From: a virus
Virus record (IMG/VR): IMGVR_UViG_3300043434_000700
Location: 3,642 to 67,641 of that record
Strand: one strand, 5' to 3'
DNA length: 64,000 nucleotides
Shown here: positions 39,045 to 48,542 of the stretch, piece after piece
Layout of the letters: the number at the start of each line of letters is the position of its first letter
Position numbering within the stretch: the first letter of the stretch is position 1
Made by a program: the position numbers and the translations under genes
The notes under the pieces: model-generated
What the model was told of the DNA's origin: nothing
The model's database searches: none
The model's input: the letters and a program-made list of their open reading frames with translations, nothing else

Positions 39045-39098
39045 GAAAGCTCCTTCTATGTTCTACTATGTATCATTTTAATTTTAGAAATTTTAGCC

Positions 39099-39128
39099 AA
39101 AAAGAAAGGGTGTTGCCACCCTTTCTTT
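39099..39128 (-). terminator. intrinsic terminator of fibre operon
   Basis: AAAGAAAGGGTG-GCAA-CACCCTTTCTTTTT. Confidence 0.8.
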
Positions 39129-39141
39129 ACGCATAACACTA

Positions 39142-39324
39142 TTAGATGTTATATGGTGTTGTACGGCCACCAAAGCGACTACTTAAACTAACAGAGCCAG
39201 AACCGATACCTAAGTATCCGCCTAACGTACCACGTAGCGATACGTTAGAACCTGTTGTGTTAGAGTAACCTCGTTTGACGTTACCAAACGTAATTGCTGA
39301 TCCAGTTGCTGGAAGAATTGCCAT
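39142..39324 (-). CDS. small fibre-associated structural protein
   Basis: 60 aa MAILPATGSAITF...LSSRFGG; GAGGAGG RBS. Confidence 0.7.
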   Translation of the reverse strand: MAILPATGSAITFGNVKRGYSNTTGSNVSLRGTLGGYLGIGSGSVSLSSRFGGRTTPYNI

Positions 39325-39350
39325 TTTATTTGCCTCCTCTAGTCAATGGA

Positions 39351-40994
39351 TTAGTGTAAAGTCTTCTTTACAAGCGCCTGTAGTTCCTCGATTTGTGCTT
39401 GTTGTTCTTTAACAGCGTTAACTAGAACAGAAACAACTTTGTCATAACGAATAGTCTTGTAACCTGCAATAGCAGATTGTGTAACCAATTCTGGTAGTAC
39501 TGCTTCAACTTCGTCAGCCATTAGACCAATTTGATCCATGTGCTTTGGAAGACCTAAAGACTCGGCTAATTCGCTAGAGTCGTATGTGTAACCGTTGATT
39601 GCCATAACTTTGTTTAAAGCGCCGTCGATCTTAGATACGTTTGTTTTCAAGCGTGAGTCAGAGTAGTAAGCTGTAATTTCACCAGTTGCTGTGATAGAAC
39701 CTTGAACTGCGATTGAACCAGTAAATGTACCACCGCCAAATGGGTTGCCAGAAGGACCTGTTGGACCAGTGGCGCCTGTTGGACCTGTTGGACCAGCAAC
39801 GCCTTGTGGGCCTTGAGCACCTGTAGGACCTGTAGGACCTGTTGGACCTGTTGGACCAGCTACCGTAGAAGCCGCACCTGTTGGACCTGTAGGACCTGTT
39901 GGGCCTGTTGCACCTTGTGGACCTGTTGGACCTGTTGGGCCAGCAACACCAACACTCCATGTGCCGTCACCGCGCCAGAATGTACTTGCGCTTGCGTTTG
40001 TACCACTGTTTAACTTGCTTACTGGTAGGTTACCAGCAATACCACTGTGGGTCAAGCCACTAATAGCACTTGACAATTCTGTGTCAGTTGCCATTGCATC
40101 TTGAATTTCTTTCAATGTGTCAAAGGCTGCACCAGCACCGTTTGTAACTGCGGCAATAGCGGCTGCTTGAGCGGCATTAGCCTTAGAAGTTGCATCAGTT
40201 GCGGCTGCGGCAATAGCGGCTGCTTGAGCGGCATTGGCCTTAGAGCTTGCATCAGTTGCGGCGGCTGTGATAGCGGCTGATTGAGCGGCATTTGCTTTAG
40301 TTGTTGCATCAGTTGCGGCTGCGGCAATTGCTTCAGACTTAGCTGTTGCGGCTTTAGTTGTTGCATCAGTTGCGGCTGCGGCAATTGCTTCAGACTTAGC
40401 TGTAGCAATAGCTGTAGTACGAGCAGTAGCTTCTGCGGCAACTTTTGTAGTTGCATCAGTTGCGGCGGCTGTTTGAGCATTGTTAGCTTTTGTAGTTGCA
40501 TCAGTTGCGGCTGCGCTGATAGCTTGGCTCTTTGCTGTAGCAATAGCTGTATCACGAGCAGTAGCTTCAGTTGCTACAGTAGTATCAACATAACCTTTTG
40601 TACTTGCATCGCCAGAAGCAGATGGTGTACCTAAACCTGTAATCTTGTTGCTGTTCATTGCAACGGCTGCACGGACGTCAATTGCGGCGTCAAAGCGTGT
40701 TGCGGCTTTGAAACGAGCTGGATCAGAGAAAATACCGTCGAAGTTGTCATCTTCTGCGTCAGATGCGCTACCGTCAGTTGTTAATGCTTTGTTAGCAAGA
40801 ATAGAAACGTTACGCTCTAAGTCAGAAATACGACGAAGACTTGATTTGCTACCAGAGAAAACGATATCGTTGTCGCCGACTGTTGTTGCTTCTACTAGAG
40901 CACCAGACTTATCGTACTTGTACTCTTTTGATTTGTCCAATGATACTTCAGCTGTAGTACCACTGTTCTTTAATTTACGTTTATTATCAGACAT
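39351..40994 (-). CDS. tail fibre with Ala-rich repeats, collagen-like (GPT)n and C-terminal S74 autocleaving chaperone
   Basis: [10 protein letters not shown] repeats; ~22 Gly-X-Y triplets; YYSDSRLK...[16 protein letters not shown]...LVNAVKEQQ. Confidence 0.88.
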   Translation of the reverse strand: MSDNKRKLKNSGTTAEVSLDKSKEYKYDKSGALVEATTVGDNDIVFSGSKSSLRRISDLERNVSILANKALTTDGSASDAEDDNFDGIFSDPARFKAATRFDAAIDVRAAVAMNSNKITGLGTPSASGDASTKGYVDTTVATEATARDTAIATAKSQAISAAATDATTKANNAQTAAATDATTKVAAEATARTTAIATAKSEAIAAAATDATTKAATAKSEAIAAAATDATTKANAAQSAAITAAATDASSKANAAQAAAIAAAATDATSKANAAQAAAIAAVTNGAGAAFDTLKEIQDAMATDTELSSAISGLTHSGIAGNLPVSKLNSGTNASASTFWRGDGTWSVGVAGPTGPTGPQGATGPTGPTGPTGAASTVAGPTGPTGPTGPTGAQGPQGVAGPTGPTGATGPTGPSGNPFGGGTFTGSIAVQGSITATGEITAYYSDSRLKTNVSKIDGALNKVMAINGYTYDSSELAESLGLPKHMDQIGLMADEVEAVLPELVTQSAIAGYKTIRYDKVVSVLVNAVKEQQAQIEELQALVKKTLH

Positions 40995-41012
40995 TTTATC
41001 TCCTTTGAGTTT

Positions 41013-41100
41013 ACTGGCACGGAGGACAAACTAGTGTTTTCCCAAGTGCGTTGTTGCCAACGTACAGGCAGGGGATGTCAAACCCCTGCCGTTAGCCAGT
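41013..41100 (-). other. multi-stem structured intergenic element
   Basis: Closing ACTGGC/GCCAGT stem encloses GGCAGGGG/CCCCTGCC and CGTTG-GCAA-CAACG hairpins. Confidence 0.6.
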
Positions 41101-41104
41101 TAAA

Positions 41105-43024
41105 TTATGCGAACTTTAAACCAGTTACTTCAATTTCGTCATCTGTAGATAACACACCAGCAACAACTGTCACTGTAGAACCGCTTACGCTAAATTCTGT
41201 TGGGCGTAACAATGTACGGTTTACATAAACATTGTAGTGTTTAGCAGTAGCTAAATCAGCAAATGTAAACGCAACTGTACCTGTTGCATTAGTTGTGGCT
41301 TGTGCAGAAGTTACAGATTGGAAAGCACTGTGGAAGTTTGTTAAACCGCTGCCAACACGAGTTGCTACGCGAGCATCTGTGTAGTATAGGTTTGTAGAAC
41401 CTTCTGTGATTTCGTCTGTATTATCTTTGCCGGCAACTGCGGCTGCAATGGCTGCGGCACGAGCAGTAGCTTCGGCAGCAACTTTAGCTGTTGCATCGGC
41501 TGCGGCTGTAGCTTCGGCAGCTACTTGAGCGGCGTTGGCTTTTGTAGTTGCATCAGTTGCGGCTGCGGCAATAGCGGCTGCTTGAGCGGCATTTGCTTTA
41601 GTTGTTGCATCAGATGCGGCTGTAGCAATAGCGGCTGTTACAGATGTAGCTGTGGCTGCACCAGAAATGTCAGCAACACCTAAAGTGATAGAACCACCTA
41701 AGGCTGCAACTGCACCGTTAACAGTAATGCTGTTGTTTGTCAATGAGCTATTAGGGATAGAACCTAAGCTGATTAGACCACTTGCGCTGTTGTAGCTTAC
41801 ACCACTTGAGCTGTTTGAGCTTAATGCGGCACGAGCACGAGTGTTTGAGAAGTACAAGTTTGCTGTACCTTCAGACAATGTATCTGTGCTTGTTGCAATT
41901 TGTGTGTAAACAGAACCGTCGTTAGTGAATGTCCACTTTTGTAAACCTTCGTTCCAACGCAATTGCACGTTTGCTTCGTCACCGCGTTCAACTTCGATAC
42001 CAGCGTTTTGTGTTGGTGTACCAGTTGCATCACTGTTCAATGTAACAATGTTGTCAGCCAAGCTGATTGTGTTAGAGTTAACACTTGTTGTTGTACCTTG
42101 AACTGTCATGTTACCAGCGATAACTACGCCAGTTGCTGTAACTGTCAATGCTGTAGAACCGTCAACTGTAACTGTTACTGTACCAGTGCCGTTGTCAACA
42201 ACTGCAATGTTTGAGTTACCACTGCTAATAGTGCTTGTGCTGATAGCAGAAATGCTTGAATCAACATAGCTCTTTGTTGCCGCGTCAGAACCGGCTGTAG
42301 GAATACCTAAACCAATTACCTTGTTGCCGTTTAATTCAACGTCATCACCGAATTGAACTTTGATACCGTCGCTAGAAGTGATACGCTTGCCGGCTGCAAT
42401 TTGCATTGTACCGTCAATATTAACACCTGTTGTGCTTGAACCAAATTGTAACAAACCTGTACCAGTTGTAGTGATACGCATGTTCTGATCTAAGTCAGCT
42501 GTGAATGTCATTGTACCGCTAGTTTCTGTTAAAACTTGCTTACCGTTAACATACAAAGAACCTGGACCAACGAACATGTGACGGAAAGGATTCTCTGCCG
42601 AACCTAAGTCATATGTGTTTGCCAAACTTGGGATGATGTGACGTACTGTCAAGTCACCTGTTAATGTAGCACCTGCGAAGCTTGGTGTACCTGTTGTTGA
42701 CAAGTTTTGAGTTGTGCTAATAACACCTGTACCGCTGTTATAGCTGATGCCTGTACCTGCGCTTAATGCGCTACGAGCACGGGCTGTTGTGAAATATTGA
42801 TTAGAACTTTCTGCAACGTCTGATGTTGATAATACAACATCACCTGTTTGTGTGTTTACGCTTGTAACACCACCGATTTCAACAACTGCCGGTACGCCGT
42901 TGTCTTTCTTGATAAAGATTTTACCATCATGTGTGTTGATAGCTAATTCGCCTAGAGCTAGCTGGGCTGTCGTTGGAACTTTGCCCGCAGTAGAACTACG
43001 CTTTAAAATGATTTGATTGGCCAT
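41105..43024 (-). CDS. tail fibre/whisker-like structural protein
   Basis: N-terminal IILKRSS...GELAINT.DGKIF; EG..NLYF/YT..RA repeats; DAATKSYVD; GIEVERG. Confidence 0.8.
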   Translation of the reverse strand: MANQIILKRSSTAGKVPTTAQLALGELAINTHDGKIFIKKDNGVPAVVEIGGVTSVNTQTGDVVLSTSDVAESSNQYFTTARARSALSAGTGISYNSGTGVISTTQNLSTTGTPSFAGATLTGDLTVRHIIPSLANTYDLGSAENPFRHMFVGPGSLYVNGKQVLTETSGTMTFTADLDQNMRITTTGTGLLQFGSSTTGVNIDGTMQIAAGKRITSSDGIKVQFGDDVELNGNKVIGLGIPTAGSDAATKSYVDSSISAISTSTISSGNSNIAVVDNGTGTVTVTVDGSTALTVTATGVVIAGNMTVQGTTTSVNSNTISLADNIVTLNSDATGTPTQNAGIEVERGDEANVQLRWNEGLQKWTFTNDGSVYTQIATSTDTLSEGTANLYFSNTRARAALSSNSSSGVSYNSASGLISLGSIPNSSLTNNSITVNGAVAALGGSITLGVADISGAATATSVTAAIATAASDATTKANAAQAAAIAAAATDATTKANAAQVAAEATAAADATAKVAAEATARAAAIAAAVAGKDNTDEITEGSTNLYYTDARVATRVGSGLTNFHSAFQSVTSAQATTNATGTVAFTFADLATAKHYNVYVNRTLLRPTEFSVSGSTVTVVAGVLSTDDEIEVTGLKFA

Positions 43025-43121
43025 TTTGAGTATATACTCCCTATTGGATGTTTAGCAGGGTGATCGGATCCTGCCTTCCAGAAGTATTTAGCTTATTCGT
43101 CTAGTACTGAATGTATATGCT

Positions 43122-43622
43122 TTAAAATTCGCCGCCATCTAAATCAATGTTTACGGCTGTTATAGATGTGATTTGCCCAGATTCATCTAGTGTGATCACG
43201 TTGGTTTTGGCTGCAGAACCATGTGTGCCCGAATGATCAAAGTTTCCGATGCGGTTTTCTCGATAGAATGTTAGTCCGGTTGTACCTAATGTAATCACAC
43301 CCGGTGTTGTTAGTGTCCAAAATGTCTGGGCATGATCGGTACCTTCTTCAACGTACACTCTCATACCACCCGAAACTTCGTATAAGGAGTCAGCGTCTGG
43401 TGCCCTGGTTAGTTTACCTGTAACCGAATTCCAAATGTATATGCCATTCTGAGTAGAATTGGTTTGGCCAGCTAATAGCACACGGTCGCGGTGGACTAAT
43501 GTAATATTATCGATTACCCAGATACTTCCTAGCAATGGAACGTGAGTCCGTGCAACTACCCTGACACTGTCCTTACTGTCTGACGCATGACTTACGAATT
43601 CTTTTCCGCGAAAAATTGGCAT
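43122..43622 (-). CDS. fibre/decoration-domain structural protein
   Basis: KDSVRV...DRVLLAGQT..QNGIY...LTRAPDAD...VYVEEG; ends DLDGGEF. Confidence 0.7.
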   Translation of the reverse strand: MPIFRGKEFVSHASDSKDSVRVVARTHVPLLGSIWVIDNITLVHRDRVLLAGQTNSTQNGIYIWNSVTGKLTRAPDADSLYEVSGGMRVYVEEGTDHAQTFWTLTTPGVITLGTTGLTFYRENRIGNFDHSGTHGSAAKTNVITLDESGQITSITAVNIDLDGGEF

Positions 43623-43686
43623 TTTGAACCTGATTCAACACAAATAACTGTGTTTTGTATAGGTTATTTATGCTTGCGGCTAAATG

Positions 43687-43712
43687 GAAAGGGTGCATTT
43701 CTGCACCCTTTC
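43687..43712 (-). terminator. terminator-like hairpin after long fibre gene
   Basis: GAAAGGGTGCA-GAAA-TGCACCCTTTC. Confidence 0.7.
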
Positions 43713-43740
43713 TCTTACTTTACCTTAAATTACTTTAAGA

Positions 43741-46700
43741 TTAGTATGTACCACCATCGATATCACTGTTCTGGTTCAAGATACCACCAGCAGTCAATGT
43801 AACTGTTGGAGTTAAACGAACCATAATGAAGTCGTTAGCTTCCGGAGCAGTATCAAACACGATACTTGTTACACCGTCGACTGTGTCTAATGTGTAAGAG
43901 TATGTTGGGGCTTGTACCAAACCGTTAATAAACACTTGTGTGTTTTGGATAGAACTAATTTCAGCTTCGGTACTGAAACTTACTGTTGTACCGTCACCTG
44001 TGTAGTTCTTTGTTACTACTGTTGTTGTAACGTTCTGTGGAACAAACTTCTGTAGAGTAGAACTCCAAACTAGTGTGTAACCATCAGACATTGCGGCAGA
44101 GTCAACGTCTGCAAGATCAAATACGCTTGCGTTAGCAATACGTGCATCAACCTTAGTTGCTGTGTAGTACTCGTTTACTGAACCTTCAGCAATTGCATCT
44201 GTTGTCGGAGTAACAAATGTAAACACACCGGTACCAGCGTTGTAGCTTAAGATATCAATGTTGTCGCTTGCTAACGATACTGCACCACGTGCTTGAGCAT
44301 TAGTGAAGTACTTGTTGGTTGCAGTAGAATCAGAAATATTGTCAGTTGTTAAAGTAACAACGCCATCTAAGCCGTTAACACTTTGAACAGCAGCCAATGT
44401 GCTGATAACACCAGTTGAACTGTTGTACTGGATGTTTGCACCACCACTGATAGAAGCCTTAGCACGGCCTTCAGTGAAGAACAAGTTGATAGCACCGCTT
44501 AGTTCAGCAATGTTATCTGTGTTCAAGTTGTCGATACGACCACCTAATGCAACTTCGGCGGCAGTAGCACGAGTTACTTCAGTGTCAACGTTGGCTTGAA
44601 CAGCAATGTCACCTGCAACACGAGCGGCTGCTTCGATAACGTCAGCGGCAGCATTAGCTTCTTCGGCGGCAGTTGCACGAGCTGTTTCTGCGGCAATAGC
44701 GGCAGCGTTGGCAGCATCGCCAGCGGCACGTGTTGTTGCTTCGGCAGTTACGCTGGCAGCAATAACGCCTTCGGCGGCAGTTGCGCGAGCAACTTCAGCA
44801 GTTACGCTAGCAGTGATTGTTGTATCAGCAGATTCGCGAGCACTAATTTCATTGCTGATATTAGTTGCATTTGCGGCCTCGGCAGCAGTAGCACGAGCAA
44901 CTTCAGCGGCTAACGCTGTTGCGGCTGCATTATCGGCAGCTAGACGTGTAGCGGCTTCGTTAGCCAATGCAGTTGCACTTGCACTTGCCAAGTCGCTAAT
45001 AGCTTGAGTCAAGCTAGAGTCAGCGGCATTGTAAGCATCAATGATTTCTGTTAAAGAGTCCAAAGCGGCTGGATCAATGTTGCTTAGAACATTGTCAATG
45101 CGTGTGTTTAATGCTGTATCAGCAGATTCACGAGCACTTGTTTCTGCACTTAAGGCAGCAATACGTGCTGTTTCTTCAGCAATGATAGCGGCAGCGTTTG
45201 CTTGCTCGGCAGCAGTAGCGCGAGTTACTTCGGCGGCCAATGCAGTTGCGGCAGCAACGTCGGCGGCAGAGCGTGTAGCGGCTTCAGCAGTAATAGCGGC
45301 AGCATTTGCTGTTTCGGCAGCAGTAGCGCGAGTTACTTCGGCAGCTAAGTCAGCTGTCAATGTAGCTTCGGCAGCAGTAGCACGAGTTACTTCAGCTGTA
45401 ATAGCTGTAGCGTTTGCTGTTTCGGCAGCAGTAGCACGAGTTACTTCAGCAGCCAAGTCAGCTGTCAATGTAGCTTCTGCGGCGCGAGCTGTTGTAGCTT
45501 CAGCTGTGATAGCTGTGGCGTTGGCAGAGTCACCAGCAATACGTGCTGTTTCTTCGGCAGTAATAGCGGCGTCTAAGGCAGCTTCGGCAGCAGTAGCACG
45601 AGTTACTTCGGCAGTAATAGCATTTGCATTTGTTGCATCACCAGCAATACGTGCTGTTTCTTCAGCATCAATATTTGCTTGCAATGTAGCTTCTGCGGCA
45701 GTGTGGTGTGCATGCTCTTCAGCAATGTCAGCAGCCAATGCGGCTTCGGCAGCAGTTGCACGAGTTACTTCGGCAGTAATGTCAGCATCTAAGGCAGCTT
45801 CGGCAGCAGTAGCACGAGTTACTTCGGCAGCTAAGTTAGCGGCAGCAGTATTTGCCAATGTAGTAATAGCACCATTGATGTCGTTGTCAGCACCTTGGAA
45901 TGCGGCAACAATTTCTGTCAAGCTATCTAATGCGGCTGCATCAGTGTTGCTTAAAATGTCATCAATACGAGCGTTTATTAAAACGTCGGCAGCAATATAA
46001 GCATCAGCGTTAGCATCAATGTTTGCTTGCAATACAGCTTCGGCAGCTTCGGCACGAGCAACTTCGGCAGCTAAGTCGTTTGTCAATGTTGTGTCAGCGG
46101 CAGCACGGGCTACAGCTTCAGCACCAACGGCAGCGGTACGAGCACTTGCTTCGGCAGCATCGCCTGCAATGCGGTCAGCAATTTCGGCAGCAATGGCAGT
46201 TGCGTTTGTTGTTTCAGCCGCAGTAGCACGAGCTGTTTCAGCAGTGATAGCAGTTGCGTTTGCTGTTTCGGCAGCAGTTGCACGAACAACTTCAGCGGCC
46301 AAGTCAGCAGTTAATACGCTTTCGGCAGCCGTAGCACGAGTTACTTCGTTAGAAATAGCAGTTGCATTTGCTTGTTCAGCGGCAGTTGCGCGAGCAACTT
46401 CGTTGGATACAGAAGTTGTTAATACAGCTTCAGCGGCAATTGCGCGAGTTTCTTCAGCAGAGATAGCGGCAGCATTAGCGATATCACCGGCTTCGCGTAA
46501 ACCGGCTTCAGTTGTTACGCTGGCGGCAATAACGCCGTCGGCTGCAATACGTGCTGTTTCTTCGGCAGCAATATCAGTAGCCAATACACCTTCGGCAGCA
46601 GTAGCACGAGTTACTTCTGCAGATACGGCTGTTGTTAATGTAGCTTCTGCGGCAGTTGCACGAGTGGCTTCAGCTGTAATAGCGGCTGCATTTGTTGCGT

Positions 46701-48456
46701 CACCGGCAATACGTGCAGATTCTTCAGTTGCAACGGCTGTTGCAAATGCATCGTCGGCAGCTTCGCGAGCGGCTGTTTCGGCAGCAAGTGCGGCTGCGGC
46801 AGTACTTGCTAAATTGTTGATGGCAGTTTGTAAATTGCTGTCGGCAGCATCGTAAGCGGCAATGATTTCTGTTAAGGAATCAAGTGCGGCTGGATCAATG
46901 TTGCTTAATACGTTGTCGATACGAATACCTAATGCAACGTCACCTGCAATACGTGCTGTTTCTTCAGCAGTAACGGCTGCGGCGCGAGCGGCTTCTTCGG
47001 CAGCAATAGCGGCTGTCAATGTAGCTTCTGCGGCGCGAGCTGTTGAAGCTTCGGCTGCTAAGTCAGCTGTCAATGTAGCTTCTGCGGCACGAGCTGTTGT
47101 AGCTTCAGCTGTAATAGCGGCTGCATTTGTTGCATCACCGGCTGTACGAGCTGTTGTTTCGGCAGCAATAGCATTTGCATTTACAGTATCACCAGCAATA
47201 CGTGCTGTTGTTTCGGCGGACAAGTCAGCGGCAATCGCAGATTCGGCAGCTTCAGCACGAGCAACTTCGGCAGCTAAATCGGTTGTCAATACGCCTTCTG
47301 CGGCTGTTGCACGAGTTACTTCAGCAGCCAAGTCAGCAGTCAATACGCCTTCGGCAGCAGTTGCACGAGTTACTTCAGCGGCTAAGTTAGTTGTTAAAGT
47401 AGATTCGGCAGCAGTAGCACGAACAACTTCGGCGGCCAAGTCGGCAGTCAATACGCCTTCGGCAGCAGTGGCACGAGTGGCTTCAGCTGTAATAGCTGTA
47501 GTCAATACAGTTTCAGCATTACCTGCACGAATTACTTCTGCATCAACTGCGGCTTGAACGGCAGCAACTGCGGCAGCGTTGGCAGTAACAGCACGACCAG
47601 CTGTGAAGTATAGGTTTTCACCTTCGGCAATGTGAGATGTTGTTAGAACAACTACACCAGTTTGACCGTTAACGCTTTCAACTGCGGCAACAGAACTGAT
47701 AATACCAGTTGCTGAATCGTAGCTGATGTTGTTACCACCGCTAATAGCGGCACGGGCACGACTTGTTAAAAAGTACTGGTTAGTGCTACCTTCGACAATC
47801 TTATCAGTTGTTGGAGTAACAAATGTAAACTCACCAGTTTGTGTACCATAGCTTAAAATTTGGTTGTCATCGCTGTTTAAACTGATGGCAGCACGAGCTA
47901 AAGCATCTGTAAAGTACTTGTTTGTTTGACCTTCTAAGATACCATCACTTGTTGGGTGGTTGTATGTGAATTGACCGTTTAAGTAGCTTAATACTGTGGT
48001 ATTGTTGCTTGACAAACCGATATCGCGCCATACGTTTGCAGTATGGTAATATTCATTTAACGAACCTTCTGGTACATCATCAGTGCTTGAAATTGTAATA
48101 GCGTTGATTTCTTGATCAACGTATTGCTTTGTTGCGGCGTGTAAGTTGCTTGATGGATCAGCAGACAATGTCAAGAAACCTGTCATTGTATCGCCGTCTT
48201 TGGCAACTTTACCTGCTAGTGCAGTTGTTAGTGTGGCAGCAAAGTTGGCATCATCGCCAATGGCTGCTGACAACTCAGCCAACGTATCTAATACGGCTGG
48301 TGCAGAGTTGATTAAGTCGCTAACTGCTGAGCTTACGAAGCCAGTAGACGCGATTTGTGTTGTTGCAGTACCTTTGGCGGCTGTAACCGCTGTAGGTGTA
48401 CCACGAAGATCAACCGAGTTAATAATCGAACTCGATCTTGCTTTGATAATAGGCAT
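43741..48456 (-). CDS. very long coiled-coil fibre protein (1571 aa)
   Basis: Many AEVTRATAAE-type repeats; LDSLTEI nodes; EG..N.YF repeats; ends DIDGGTY. Confidence 0.85.
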   Translation of the reverse strand: MPIIKARSSSIINSVDLRGTPTAVTAAKGTATTQIASTGFVSSAVSDLINSAPAVLDTLAELSAAIGDDANFAATLTTALAGKVAKDGDTMTGFLTLSADPSSNLHAATKQYVDQEINAITISSTDDVPEGSLNEYYHTANVWRDIGLSSNNTTVLSYLNGQFTYNHPTSDGILEGQTNKYFTDALARAAISLNSDDNQILSYGTQTGEFTFVTPTTDKIVEGSTNQYFLTSRARAAISGGNNISYDSATGIISSVAAVESVNGQTGVVVLTTSHIAEGENLYFTAGRAVTANAAAVAAVQAAVDAEVIRAGNAETVLTTAITAEATRATAAEGVLTADLAAEVVRATAAESTLTTNLAAEVTRATAAEGVLTADLAAEVTRATAAEGVLTTDLAAEVARAEAAESAIAADLSAETTARIAGDTVNANAIAAETTARTAGDATNAAAITAEATTARAAEATLTADLAAEASTARAAEATLTAAIAAEEAARAAAVTAEETARIAGDVALGIRIDNVLSNIDPAALDSLTEIIAAYDAADSNLQTAINNLASTAAAALAAETAAREAADDAFATAVATEESARIAGDATNAAAITAEATRATAAEATLTTAVSAEVTRATAAEGVLATDIAAEETARIAADGVIAASVTTEAGLREAGDIANAAAISAEETRAIAAEAVLTTSVSNEVARATAAEQANATAISNEVTRATAAESVLTADLAAEVVRATAAETANATAITAETARATAAETTNATAIAAEIADRIAGDAAEASARTAAVGAEAVARAAADTTLTNDLAAEVARAEAAEAVLQANIDANADAYIAADVLINARIDDILSNTDAAALDSLTEIVAAFQGADNDINGAITTLANTAAANLAAEVTRATAAEAALDADITAEVTRATAAEAALAADIAEEHAHHTAAEATLQANIDAEETARIAGDATNANAITAEVTRATAAEAALDAAITAEETARIAGDSANATAITAEATTARAAEATLTADLAAEVTRATAAETANATAITAEVTRATAAEATLTADLAAEVTRATAAETANAAAITAEAATRSAADVAAATALAAEVTRATAAEQANAAAIIAEETARIAALSAETSARESADTALNTRIDNVLSNIDPAALDSLTEIIDAYNAADSSLTQAISDLASASATALANEAATRLAADNAAATALAAEVARATAAEAANATNISNEISARESADTTITASVTAEVARATAAEGVIAASVTAEATTRAAGDAANAAAIAAETARATAAEEANAAADVIEAAARVAGDIAVQANVDTEVTRATAAEVALGGRIDNLNTDNIAELSGAINLFFTEGRAKASISGGANIQYNSSTGVISTLAAVQSVNGLDGVVTLTTDNISDSTATNKYFTNAQARGAVSLASDNIDILSYNAGTGVFTFVTPTTDAIAEGSVNEYYTATKVDARIANASVFDLADVDSAAMSDGYTLVWSSTLQKFVPQNVTTTVVTKNYTGDGTTVSFSTEAEISSIQNTQVFINGLVQAPTYSYTLDTVDGVTSIVFDTAPEANDFIMVRLTPTVTLTAGGILNQNSDIDGGTY

Positions 48457-48542
48457 TTATTTTTCCTCAATGAAAACTTCTAGTGAAGTTTTTGTTTGTT
48501 GACTTTTTAAGTATGGTGTCAAACCAACGTGAGAAGATGATT

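Noticed and set aside
39760-39945. GGACC(T/A)GT(T/A)-type 9-bp tandem array
   Set aside because: Fully explained as coding for Gly-Pro-Thr collagen triplets
44596-47557. Several long plus-strand Ala/Ser/Val ORFs
   Set aside because: Mirror reading of the GCN-rich fibre repeats
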